DNA from: Victivallales bacterium
Lineage (GTDB): Bacteria > Verrucomicrobiota > Lentisphaeria > Victivallales > UBA1829
Direction of reading: 5' to 3'
DNA: 64,000 nt
NCBI GenBank assembly: GCA_045589595.1
Contig: JAZNPK010000032.1
Coordinates: 53,475 to 117,474, forward strand
Part shown: one piece after another, positions 27,314 through 36,142 of the stretch
Position numbering within the stretch: the first letter of the stretch is position 1
Layout of the letters: the number at the start of each line of letters is the position of its first letter
Notes under the pieces: generated by a model
What the model was told of the DNA's origin: nothing
The model's input: only the letters and a program-made list of their open reading frames with translations
The model's database searches: none
Position numbers and translations under genes: made by a program

Positions 27314-29494
27314 ATGAAACTTCTTGACAGCGGAATGGTATGGCATCTTTTTTGGATCTTACCCGCGGCAGTGCTGCTCTGGATCGCAGGCTCCGCGCGG
27401 GCAAAACGGTTTTTGAACCGGCTTTTTCCGGACGGCAGCCACAAAAAATACGCCGATCTTTCCACCGGCAGACGCGTTGTCAGGTGTCTGATCCTGTTCG
27501 CCGCACTTGCCTGTCTCTTTCTCGCTGCTGCGAGACCGGCATGGGGAGAACGGATCCTGCCTGAACAGCCGCCCGGACGGGACCTGATGGCGGTACTGGA
27601 TATTTCACGCAGCATGTTGTCCGACAATGTGCGCCCCACAAGACTGGATCACGCCAAAATGATCCTGCGGGATCTGGTGTCTTCTCCCGTCAGCAGCGGC
27701 GACCGCTTCGGTTTGACGGCTTTCGCCGGAAATGCGGAACTGGTCTGCCCCCTCACCGGCGATGATGAGGCGTTCCTCCGGAAACTGGATGCGCTGGAAC
27801 CCGTCTCCGCAAAACGGGGCGGAACCAATCTGCAGACGGCTCTGGAGACTGCGCTGCTCGCTCTGGAAGGCGGTTCTGCCGGAAACAGTCGCGCCGTGAT
27901 CCTGATTTCCGACGGCGGAGAACTGGAAGGAGACTCCGCAAAGACCTTTGCCGCCTTCCGGAAAAACAGGATCCCTGTCTTTGTCCTCGGTATCGGTGAG
28001 CCTTCCGCTCCTGCGCTGATCCCGCTGAAAAACAGAAACGGCGGCGTTTCCATGCTGAAGGATGCAGACGGCAACACCGTCAATGCCGCCCTGAACGAAA
28101 CCGCCCTCCGGACCATTGCGGAGCAGACCGGCGGCGTCTATATCCGGTCCACCACTCTCCGGACCGGATTGGATACGCTGGAAAGCCGGATCAGAAAAAT
28201 GACGGCTGAACGACGGACCGTTCTGGATATCCCGAAAGAGATCGAAAGACCCGGCGCGCCTCTTGCCGCCGCACTGATCCTTCTTTGCGTCTATCTCCTT
28301 GTATCTGAACGGAAAACAACGAAAAGAACAGCGCTCTCCATCCTGCTCTGTCTTATGGTTCCGTGCCTTTCCGCCGGGGAGCCGTCAGAAAAAGTGACGG
28401 ATCAAATGACGGATCAAATGACGGCGTCTGAAACCGCTTCCGAACCGGCAGAAATGACCCCCGAATCCATCTATCATGACGCTCTCCGTCTGCAGAATGA
28501 CGGAAAAGATGACGATGCCGCCGCACGTTATACCCAGGCGATCACCGCCGCCGGAAACGCACCGGATGTCCGGGCAAATGCCTATCTCAATCTGGGAGTG
28601 ATCGGACACCGTGCCGCGCGGAAGGATGCTGCGAAAGCGGAACAAGACCTTTCCGCCGGGAAACTGGACGACAGTCTGAAAGATCTGGATGCCGGTCTGG
28701 AAAAACTCCGTGCCGCGGAAGAACATTACCGGGAAAGTCTGCGGTCCGATCCCGGAGCCGATCTCGCATCAGCCGTCCGGAACCAGACCATCCTCATCCG
28801 GGAACGGAAAAATATGGAAGAGCGGAAAAAAGAGATCGAAGAACTGAAAAAACGTCAGCAACAGGCACAGCAGCAGGCGCAACAGGCTCTGGATCAACAG
28901 CAACAGCAGAATCAGCAGCAGAATCAGCAACAGCAGAATCAACAACAGCAGAATCAGCAACAGCAGAATCAGCAGGCACAGCAGCAGACCCAACGCGCGG
29001 AACAGGCTGCAAAAGATCTGGAACAGCAGGCGCAGAAAATGAATCAGAACGACCTGCAGAAACAGGCAAAGGATGCCGCCGATCAGCTCTCCAAAGCCCG
29101 GGACGAACAGAAAAAAGGCAACGATAAAAACGCCGAAGAAGCGATCAAAGATGCCATGCGGAAACTGGGTATGGACCCGGATAAAAAACAGGATCAGCAA
29201 CAAGACGGTCAGCAGAATCAACAACAGCAGAAAGACGGTCAGCAGAAAGATCAACAACAACAGAAAGATCAGCAGCAGGACGGTCAGCCGCAGGATCAAC
29301 AGCAGCAGAATGATCAGCAGAAAGAGCAAAGCGAACAGCGTCCGGTAAAGCCGGAAGAACAGAAGTCGCCGGAGAAACAGGATCAGGAAAGCCGTGTGGA
29401 AATGATGCGCCGCGCCAACCGCGATTTCAAAGACGAACTGAAAAAACGCCGCGGGCGCATGGGCGGCATCGCCCCCGTGGAGAAAGATTGGTGA
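27314..29494 (+). CDS. BatA/BatB-like von Willebrand factor A protein fused to a TPR (BatC-like) region and a long Gln-rich coiled-coil tail
   Basis: N-terminal TM helices. VWA MIDAS motif VLDISRSM. A further TM helix. TPR-like segment (YHDALRLQNDGKDDDAAARYTQAI..AYLNLGV). About 250 aa of Q/N/K/D/E low complexity. Confidence 0.75.
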   Translation: MKLLDSGMVWHLFWILPAAVLLWIAGSARAKRFLNRLFPDGSHKKYADLSTGRRVVRCLILFAALACLFLAAARPAWGERILPEQPPGRDLMAVLDISRSMLSDNVRPTRLDHAKMILRDLVSSPVSSGDRFGLTAFAGNAELVCPLTGDDEAFLRKLDALEPVSAKRGGTNLQTALETALLALEGGSAGNSRAVILISDGGELEGDSAKTFAAFRKNRIPVFVLGIGEPSAPALIPLKNRNGGVSMLKDADGNTVNAALNETALRTIAEQTGGVYIRSTTLRTGLDTLESRIRKMTAERRTVLDIPKEIERPGAPLAAALILLCVYLLVSERKTTKRTALSILLCLMVPCLSAGEPSEKVTDQMTDQMTASETASEPAEMTPESIYHDALRLQNDGKDDDAAARYTQAITAAGNAPDVRANAYLNLGVIGHRAARKDAAKAEQDLSAGKLDDSLKDLDAGLEKLRAAEEHYRESLRSDPGADLASAVRNQTILIRERKNMEERKKEIEELKKRQQQAQQQAQQALDQQQQQNQQQNQQQQNQQQQNQQQQNQQAQQQTQRAEQAAKDLEQQAQKMNQNDLQKQAKDAADQLSKARDEQKKGNDKNAEEAIKDAMRKLGMDPDKKQDQQQDGQQNQQQQKDGQQKDQQQQKDQQQDGQPQDQQQQNDQQKEQSEQRPVKPEEQKSPEKQDQESRVEMMRRANRDFKDELKKRRGRMGGIAPVEKDW
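28895..28990 (+). repeat. In-frame 15-nt tandem repeat encoding (QQQQN)n
   Basis: CAACAGCAGAATCAG-type units repeated about 5 times, encoding QQQQQNQQQNQQQQNQQQQNQQQQNQQAQQQ. Confidence 0.8.
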
Positions 29495-29499
29495 TCGAT

Positions 29500-31923
29500 A
29501 TGACGAAGGCAAAAATCTGTTATCTGGTCCTATTCCTTCTGTTGTCGGCATTGCTTCCGGCGGCAGAAGTGATCCCGGCAAAAGTCATGCCGGAAAATAT
29601 CATTGAAGGTGATAACGGCGTGCTGCGCCTCACCGCGCCCATTGAGAGTCAGGTTTCCGGGGTGTCGGATCTGCCGGATGTTCCCGGTCTCCGGTGGCAG
29701 AGCGGACACGGCATCAGCCGGAGGGTCAGTATCATCAACGGCAAACAGACCGGTTCCCTGACGGTGGATGTGCGGTTTATTCCGGAAAAAGCCGGCACTT
29801 ACACGATCCCCGCCATTCAACTCCCGCTGGGCAACGGCGTTACCGGTACGACACAGCCGGTGACCTTCACGGTCCGGAAAGCGCCGGAGATCAAAAACGA
29901 AGCCGATGCTGCACAGCAGCTTGTCTTTGCGCAGCTGGAGATCGCCGGAAAAACGGAACGGAAAACATTTTATTCCGGCGAGGATATTCCTCTGCTTCTG
30001 ACCGTTTTCATCCGCGAACCGTACATGGTGGAACCATCGGGCGGCGGTTCGTTTCAGGTCATCCCGGAGACTTGCGGGCAGGTCGTGGGCGACATTATGA
30101 AGTATCCGCCCTACACCCGCAGGATCGGGGATCATGTTTTTCAGGCGGTCCGCTATGGATTTTCTGTGCGTGCCACCGCCTCCGGAACGGCATCCGTCCG
30201 CGTGATCCTGCCGATGACCGTACTGGAAAATCACGGTTTCTTTCCCCGTCCCGTTGCCAGCCGGAATATTCGCGCCGAACTGAAAACGCTGACGATCGAA
30301 CCGATGCCGCCGCCGCCGTCGGATGTGCCGTTTTCCGGCTTGACCGGCAGTGGCTGGACGGGTGGTTTTACGCTGTCGCCCGCCCCTTACCGCAGCGGCG
30401 ATGCCCTCACATTGAAACTGGAGATCACCGGCAGCGGCAGTACGGAAGCATTTGTATTTCCGGGTGTGAAATCTGAAAAATTCCGTTCCTATCCGCCGGA
30501 GATCCAACGCGGACGCGAGAGCGTGCGCATGACTCAGACTTTGATCCCGCTGGAATCCGGAACGATCCCGCTGGAAACGGCTTTTTCCGTTTTTGATGCG
30601 CCATCGGGCAAATACCGTACCATTTCTTTCCGTCAGGAATTGAACATCGAAAAAGGCGCAGAGTCCCCATTGCCGCCGGAAGTGAAAACACCTGCAACCG
30701 ATCCGGCAGAAACGACAGCCGCGTCCAGTACAACCGATCATAACCGGAACATTCTGTATCTGCACGAAACGGATCCGGCTGATACGGTCCGGCTGCCCCT
30801 GTGGAAAAATGCAGTTGCCGCGATCCTGTGGCTGCTGGGGGCGGGACTTGCGGTGTTCGCTGTTGCGTTGCTGCTTGTTCTCCGCCGCCGTCTTCAGGAA
30901 AAAGATCCGGTCCGGGCGCGGCGGGCAGCTGCGCGGGCGGGGAAACGGGCATTTCTGAAACGGGTGGAAGGTCATTTCACCGGAGATGGTCTGCCGCCGG
31001 AAATATCGGAGGAAGTCACCGAATATCTGAATGCCCTTCAGGGACTGCCTCCGGGAACATCCATGGGGGAAACGGCAGACAGGGTTTCCGGCAGCGATCC
31101 CGAACTGGGTTCCATGCTCCGGACATTATCCTCTGCCGCCTGGGCGCCTGCCGGTGTGCGGAAACATTTCAATGACGCCTATAAGAAACGGTTTCTGCAT
31201 GCGCTTTCCCGGTTCGGCGTGATCGTGCTGTGTTTCCTTTCCACAAGTCTCGCCGCCGCCGGAAAAGATGCGGCACTGGCTTATGACAGAGGCGATTTTG
31301 CTCAAGCTCTGACCCTTTATCAGGGACAACTCCGTCACGGAAACGGCTCTGCAGATGTTCTTTACAATATCGGCAACTGCTATTTTCAGATGAATGATCT
31401 GCCCCGCGCACTGGCGGCGTATGAACAGGCAAAATATCTTGCACCCCGTGATCCGGACATCCGGGAAAATCTGAATCTGACCCGCCGGAAACTGGGTCTG
31501 GCGGAAAAAAGTGTGATCTCCTCCCCCGCAGATGTGCCGGGCTATCTCCGGGATCTGCTGCGACTGGATGAATGGCTTATCGCCGGTGCAGCCGGACTGA
31601 TGTTGTGGTTTTTCGGTGCCGGACTCGGCATGTTGTTCGGACGCAAACTCCTGTTGATCATGGGGATCGCAGGTTGTGCGCTGATCATTCTTGCTGTTGT
31701 ATCCATTGCGGCACAGCCGTCGCGGGATGTGGCGGTGGTGGTGGAAAACAATGCGCCTGTTTATACACTGCCCTCGGAACTTTCCGGAAAAGTGGAATAC
31801 CGTCTGCGTGCGGGCAGGGAGGTGACAGTCGGGGAACGGCGTCTGCACTGGGTGCGTGTGCGTGTGGATGGAAACGGGGAAGGCTGGATGCCGGAACGGT
31901 CCATTATGGATTGTACACCGTAA
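29500..31923 (+). CDS. BatD-like oxygen-tolerance protein fused to a BatE-like TPR + SH3 module
   Basis: Signal peptide, then a long beta-rich BatD-like ectodomain and a TM helix. TPR segment (LYNIGNCYFQMNDLPRALAAYEQAKYLAPRDPDIRENL), two TM helices, and a C-terminal SH3b-like segment (YRLRAGREVTVGERRLHWVRVRVDGNGEGWMP). The ATG at 29500 is preferred. TTG 29488 is the alternative start. Confidence 0.7.
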   Translation: MTKAKICYLVLFLLLSALLPAAEVIPAKVMPENIIEGDNGVLRLTAPIESQVSGVSDLPDVPGLRWQSGHGISRRVSIINGKQTGSLTVDVRFIPEKAGTYTIPAIQLPLGNGVTGTTQPVTFTVRKAPEIKNEADAAQQLVFAQLEIAGKTERKTFYSGEDIPLLLTVFIREPYMVEPSGGGSFQVIPETCGQVVGDIMKYPPYTRRIGDHVFQAVRYGFSVRATASGTASVRVILPMTVLENHGFFPRPVASRNIRAELKTLTIEPMPPPPSDVPFSGLTGSGWTGGFTLSPAPYRSGDALTLKLEITGSGSTEAFVFPGVKSEKFRSYPPEIQRGRESVRMTQTLIPLESGTIPLETAFSVFDAPSGKYRTISFRQELNIEKGAESPLPPEVKTPATDPAETTAASSTTDHNRNILYLHETDPADTVRLPLWKNAVAAILWLLGAGLAVFAVALLLVLRRRLQEKDPVRARRAAARAGKRAFLKRVEGHFTGDGLPPEISEEVTEYLNALQGLPPGTSMGETADRVSGSDPELGSMLRTLSSAAWAPAGVRKHFNDAYKKRFLHALSRFGVIVLCFLSTSLAAAGKDAALAYDRGDFAQALTLYQGQLRHGNGSADVLYNIGNCYFQMNDLPRALAAYEQAKYLAPRDPDIRENLNLTRRKLGLAEKSVISSPADVPGYLRDLLRLDEWLIAGAAGLMLWFFGAGLGMLFGRKLLLIMGIAGCALIILAVVSIAAQPSRDVAVVVENNAPVYTLPSELSGKVEYRLRAGREVTVGERRLHWVRVRVDGNGEGWMPERSIMDCTP

Positions 31924-31949
31924 TCAAATATTCAGGGGGAGGGGAACAG

Positions 31950-32474
31950 ATGATACACAAAAGGGGGTTGGTTCTGCTGCTGTGTGCAGCGCAGTTTTTT
32001 GCACTTGTTTTTTCCTGTGCGGGACTTGATCTGATGCTGAAAAACGGAAAAGTTTACCGCAATGTCACGATCATCAACCGTTTGCGGACATCTGTACAGA
32101 TCAACTCCGATCCCTACGGCAACGGATCCGTACTGATCTCAACAAGGCTCCGTTACCGGGATCTGACACCGGGATCACTGCGGAAAGTCCTGCCTCATTA
32201 TCCCTATCTGACCGCCGCATTGCCGCCGGAACGGTCACGCGTTGTGAAAGTGCGGTCCATCACTATGATGGGAAACGGGACATTCGGCTGGGTCCAGGGA
32301 TTCGACCGGCAACTGCCCGCAACACCTGAACGGTTCGGACGGTTCTTTATTGACGGTCTGCATCTTCCCCAGGGCGGAACATGGGTCGGAAGGATCTATC
32401 CAACGGACCGGACCGTTATGCGGTTCGGACTGGAATATCCCTGTTACACGGTGCGGCGTAAAGTTTTTCCGTGA
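31950..32474 (+). CDS. Hypothetical lipoprotein
   Basis: The ATG at 31950 follows GGGGGAGGGG. Signal peptide with lipobox-like LVFSCAG. The track ORF start 31572 overlaps the upstream gene and is rejected. Confidence 0.45.
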   Translation: MIHKRGLVLLLCAAQFFALVFSCAGLDLMLKNGKVYRNVTIINRLRTSVQINSDPYGNGSVLISTRLRYRDLTPGSLRKVLPHYPYLTAALPPERSRVVKVRSITMMGNGTFGWVQGFDRQLPATPERFGRFFIDGLHLPQGGTWVGRIYPTDRTVMRFGLEYPCYTVRRKVFP

Positions 32475-32489
32475 TGATGCCGGGGGCGG

Positions 32490-33842
32490 TCAGGATTTTT
32501 TCCGGGCAAGGAGCAGACCGATGCCGAGCCAGATCAGCAGCAGAACGACGCAGAAACCCCAGATCGGCAACCATCCCACGGTAAATACAAGCGTCAACGC
32601 CAGAGCCGTCCAGATGCCGCCGCCCATAATGGGTTCATGGAACAACTGTTTGTAGCCGAAGGACGCCGCGGCAACCGTCTTGTTTTCAGGGTCGACCGTT
32701 CGCAGCAGCATCAGTCCGGTCGCCGTAACGCCGGTGGATTGTCCGAATTCTGCAATGGCGCGTTCAAACCATGCTTCTTTCAGGATCTTCGGTGCAAGGA
32801 ACATAACGCAGAACACGCTCCAGGAAATACCGGCGAGAATGAGGATCAGCAGAGGCAGCCAGTTGTTCAGCACCACCGAGATCTGAATGGTCGCCACCGC
32901 AGCCACCACCAGGAAGTCCAGAGCCGCGCCGGAAAGACGCTGCATCTGACCGCGGTCAATCAGAGTGGCAGTTTTTGTTTTCTGGGCAATGATCTGGATG
33001 AGTACGCCGCCGATCATACACAGGGGGAACAGGGGGAACCCGTTGAAAATCCGGGTGGTCGCATCGGGAAAGAGCGCGATTTCCAGCGCCCGCAATCCCT
33101 GAAGCATACAGAATCCGATGAGGACCGCCATACCGATAAGTGCAACATGGAATGCCAGTGAGTCGATGGAATCGCACTGGACCGTCTGGAGACCGGCATG
33201 GGGCTGCCGTTCGTGATGATAGATCCCGATCTGTTCGTGATGTTCCCGTTCTTCAAAGGTGCGTACGCTGCTGACGATATTTTTCCGCAAAGCCCAGTTC
33301 ACCATTGCCATACCGATTACGATCCCGATGATCATACCCACCGTGGCAACCGTATAACCGAGAGCAACACCGTCCTCCCAGTTGAAGGATTTGAAACTTT
33401 CCGCCATGCCGCCCACGGTTCCGTGTCCGCCTTCAAAACCGATCTCCAGCAGATTCCCGAATGCCGGAGGCAGGTTGAACAGAGGCGCAAGAAGAAATCC
33501 GGCAAGCCCGAGACCGACCACATATTGACCCCATGCGAGGATCTGACCGATACACAACTGAGGCAGGGCGATCGAAAAAACTTCTTTGAATTTCGGCGTG
33601 ATCGCACCCAGAAACAGCGCGGCAAAAATCACATTGATAAGGAAGCCGGGCAGTTTCTTCATACCGGCAGTCCATTCAGCCGGAAGATATTGCCCGAAAC
33701 AGGAAAAGATCACCAGTCCCAGCAGACCGCCGATCACAGAACTGGGCAGATAAAGGCGCTGGAGGAAGGGAATGAAAATACGCAGCACTTTGCCGCAGAC
33801 CAGAAGCAGACAGAGAATACAGAAAATTTCGACAGCAGTCAC
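32490..33842 (-). CDS. gltS: Sodium/glutamate symporter (ESS family)
   Basis: 450 aa polytopic membrane protein. The N-terminus (..CGKVLRIFIPFLQRLYLPSSVIGGLLGLVIF) and overall layout match GltS. Confidence 0.8.
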   Translation of the reverse strand: MTAVEIFCILCLLLVCGKVLRIFIPFLQRLYLPSSVIGGLLGLVIFSCFGQYLPAEWTAGMKKLPGFLINVIFAALFLGAITPKFKEVFSIALPQLCIGQILAWGQYVVGLGLAGFLLAPLFNLPPAFGNLLEIGFEGGHGTVGGMAESFKSFNWEDGVALGYTVATVGMIIGIVIGMAMVNWALRKNIVSSVRTFEEREHHEQIGIYHHERQPHAGLQTVQCDSIDSLAFHVALIGMAVLIGFCMLQGLRALEIALFPDATTRIFNGFPLFPLCMIGGVLIQIIAQKTKTATLIDRGQMQRLSGAALDFLVVAAVATIQISVVLNNWLPLLILILAGISWSVFCVMFLAPKILKEAWFERAIAEFGQSTGVTATGLMLLRTVDPENKTVAAASFGYKQLFHEPIMGGGIWTALALTLVFTVGWLPIWGFCVVLLLIWLGIGLLLARKKS

Positions 33843-33877
33843 GTTGTTATTGCCTTATGGGTGATTGGGTGGATGGT

Positions 33878-34372
33878 TTATTGTTCGTAGAAATTGCCGG
33901 TTTCGGGATCGCGCCGGACTTTGTCTGCCGGAATGACACGCCCGTTCATTGCCACATAGACGCCGTGAGGCAGCATCTGGACAGCGGTCAATGCCGAACC
34001 GAAATGAAACAGGGCGTCGGACCGGCTCAAAGAAAAGGGCAGAAATGCCCCGTAAAGGACAATGGTCTTCGGTATTTTCCGCGCAGCCAGATCCAGTGCC
34101 GTGCGGATAATGGTGTTGATCCCGTGGGAGATCAGGACCTTTTTGCCGGGGGTATGAGCGCAGCAGGCGGCAATGGCATCCAGATCGTCCTGATTGATCT
34201 CCAGAGAATCCTTCAGCATCAGCGTGTGTTTTTTGAGATCGAGGGTGCAATGGGATTGTTCCAGCATCGTGGAGAAACAGGACTCCGTATAGAACAGACG
34301 CCCGATCTCTTCATTCAATACTTTTTCCAGTCTGCCGCCGGTCAGGATCACTTCGATTACTTCATTCACCAT
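33878..34372 (-). CDS. Asparaginase N-terminal-domain-like protein (164 aa, degenerate active site)
   Basis: Collinear with the type I asparaginase N-domain. VILTGGRL aligns with YTGGTIG (first Thr kept). LISHGINTI aligns with ILHGTDTM (Thr-Asp replaced by Ile-Asn). KTIVLYGAFLPFSLSRSDAL aligns with KPVIVTGSQIPLAELRSDG. Confidence 0.6.
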   Translation of the reverse strand: MVNEVIEVILTGGRLEKVLNEEIGRLFYTESCFSTMLEQSHCTLDLKKHTLMLKDSLEINQDDLDAIAACCAHTPGKKVLISHGINTIIRTALDLAARKIPKTIVLYGAFLPFSLSRSDALFHFGSALTAVQMLPHGVYVAMNGRVIPADKVRRDPETGNFYEQ

Positions 34373-34390
34373 AACATACCTCCTTCTTCG

Positions 34391-35836
34391 TTATCTGGCG
34401 CAGGGACAATGTTCGCAGCAGTGCGTGGGATCTTCGCCGTCGAAACAGTATGTACAGACTTTTTCCTTCGGCAGCCCGATGGCTTTGATCAGATTTTCCA
34501 GACTCTGATACTTCAATGTGGTCAGACCGAGATTTTTCCGGATCTCATCCACCATACGGTTGTATCTGTCTGTACCGGCAGTGGTATATTCTTTCAGTGC
34601 CACGGCATCCGGTTCACCGCCTTCCAGCGTGTTGATCACCCGGCGCGCCGCCAGATCCAGCGTGGATTTTGAACGGGAAAAATTCAGGAAGAGACAGGGG
34701 AATGCCAGCGGGGGCGAGGCGGAACGCATGTGAACTTCCTTCGCGCCGCGCTCGTAAAGACGGCGGGCAATGTCTTTAAACTGTGTGCCGCGGACAATGG
34801 AGTCATCGCAGAAGAGCAGGCGTCTTCCGGCGATCTGTTCATCCACCGGGATCAGTTTCATTTTTGCCACCAGGTTCCGCATGGTCTGGTTGGACGGCAT
34901 GAAGCTGCGCGGCCAGGTGGGCGTGTACTTGACGAGCGCACGCATATAGGGTTTGTCCGTGGCATTGGAATAGCCGATGGCATGTGCCACGCCCGAATCC
35001 GGGATCCCGCAGATGGAATCGATCTCCACATCGTCCGTTTTCGCCATGAGAGCGCCGTTTTCATAGCGGACCGTTTCCGTATTTTTACCTTCGTAGGTCG
35101 AGGAGGGATAGCCGAAATAGACCCAGAAGAACGAACAGATCTGCATCTGATCGCCCGGTTTTTTCTTCTGGAAGATCCCGTCTTCCGTGATCTGTACGAT
35201 TTCGCCGGGACCGAGTTCACGCACAAAATCATAATCCAGATTGGGCAGGGCAGTGGATTCCATCGCCACGGCGTAACCGTTGGGCTTATGCCCCAGAACA
35301 ACAGGCGTGCGACCGTATTTGTCACGGGCGGCGTAAATGGTCCCGCCGGTCATGAGCAGCAGCGAACAGGACCCCTGAATGTTATCCATGGCATAACTGA
35401 TGCCTTCTTCCAGAGTCGGTTTTGTATTGATGAGGGAGGCAACGACTTCCGTGGGGTTGTAATCGCCCGTACTCAGTTCGGAATAATGGATGTGGTGCTG
35501 CTGGATCCCCTGCATCGTCAGTTCGGCAATGTTGTTGATCTTTCCGACTGTCACGATGGAATAAACGCCCAGCCCGGACGCGATCACCAGCGGCTGGTCT
35601 TCCAGATCACTGATCACGCCGATCCCGCAGTTGCCGTCCAGTTTCACAAGATCGCCATCAAATTTTGAGCGGAACTGGGAGTTGGTGATATCGTGGATGC
35701 ACCGTTTGATCGCACCATGGGAATTGGTCACGGCAAGCCCGCCGCGTTTCGTTCCGAGATGGGAATGATAGTCTGTTCCGTAAAAAAGATCCGCCACACA
35801 ATTGTCATGTGACACTACACCGAAAAATCCGCCCAT
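34391..35836 (-). CDS. Amidophosphoribosyltransferase-like protein lacking the N-terminal nucleophile Cys
   Basis: PRTase half is intact (GIPDSGVAHAIGYS, LLFCDDSIVRGTQ, MRSASPPLAFPC). The N-terminus reads MGGFFGV where PurF has MCGIxG. AGGTGG lies 5 nt upstream of the ATG at 35836. The track start 35845 is a GTG inside that SD. Cys-rich C-terminus (CTYCFDGEDPTHCCEHCPC). Confidence 0.8.
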   Translation of the reverse strand: MGGFFGVVSHDNCVADLFYGTDYHSHLGTKRGGLAVTNSHGAIKRCIHDITNSQFRSKFDGDLVKLDGNCGIGVISDLEDQPLVIASGLGVYSIVTVGKINNIAELTMQGIQQHHIHYSELSTGDYNPTEVVASLINTKPTLEEGISYAMDNIQGSCSLLLMTGGTIYAARDKYGRTPVVLGHKPNGYAVAMESTALPNLDYDFVRELGPGEIVQITEDGIFQKKKPGDQMQICSFFWVYFGYPSSTYEGKNTETVRYENGALMAKTDDVEIDSICGIPDSGVAHAIGYSNATDKPYMRALVKYTPTWPRSFMPSNQTMRNLVAKMKLIPVDEQIAGRRLLFCDDSIVRGTQFKDIARRLYERGAKEVHMRSASPPLAFPCLFLNFSRSKSTLDLAARRVINTLEGGEPDAVALKEYTTAGTDRYNRMVDEIRKNLGLTTLKYQSLENLIKAIGLPKEKVCTYCFDGEDPTHCCEHCPCAR

Positions 35837-36053
35837 GGACACCACCTGTCTGATCAGTTTTTGAATTTACGCTCCAATATAATATAGCATGGAAAACGGC
35901 GGTTGTAAAGGAGTATATACAGATTTGTGGCATAAAAAACCGGAACTCTCCGTGAAAGGAGGAACCTTTTGCAGGATCGATGTGTCTTGATTATATGAAA
36001 AAAATGTCATATAAATAATGAATGGAAAATATAAAAAATTATCAACCGGTGAT

Positions 36054-36081
36054 TTGCATTTTGCAAAAAAAGGTTTATATT
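36054..36081 (+). promoter_or_regulatory. Sigma70-like promoter candidate for the HTH gene
   Basis: TTGCAT (36054-36059), 16-nt spacer, TATATT (36076-36081), within an AT-rich divergent intergenic region. Confidence 0.3.
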
Positions 36082-36142
36082 ATGGACGGAGCTGAGTTTT
36101 AACAAAACTGTTAACGGAGAACATCCTCAGGAGAAAACAGAA

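Noticed and set aside
28769-29581. 270-aa Leu-rich minus-strand ORF
   Set aside because: It is the mirror image of the CAG/CAA (Gln) repeats on the plus strand, where CTG/TTG codons give poly-Leu. The plus-strand frame continues a bona fide VWA-TPR protein.
31572-31949. N-terminal 126 codons of track ORF 31572..32474
   Set aside because: It overlaps the 3' end of the BatD/E-like gene in another frame and translates to Arg/Cys/Gly-rich nonsense. A signal-peptide-bearing start with a strong SD exists at 31950.
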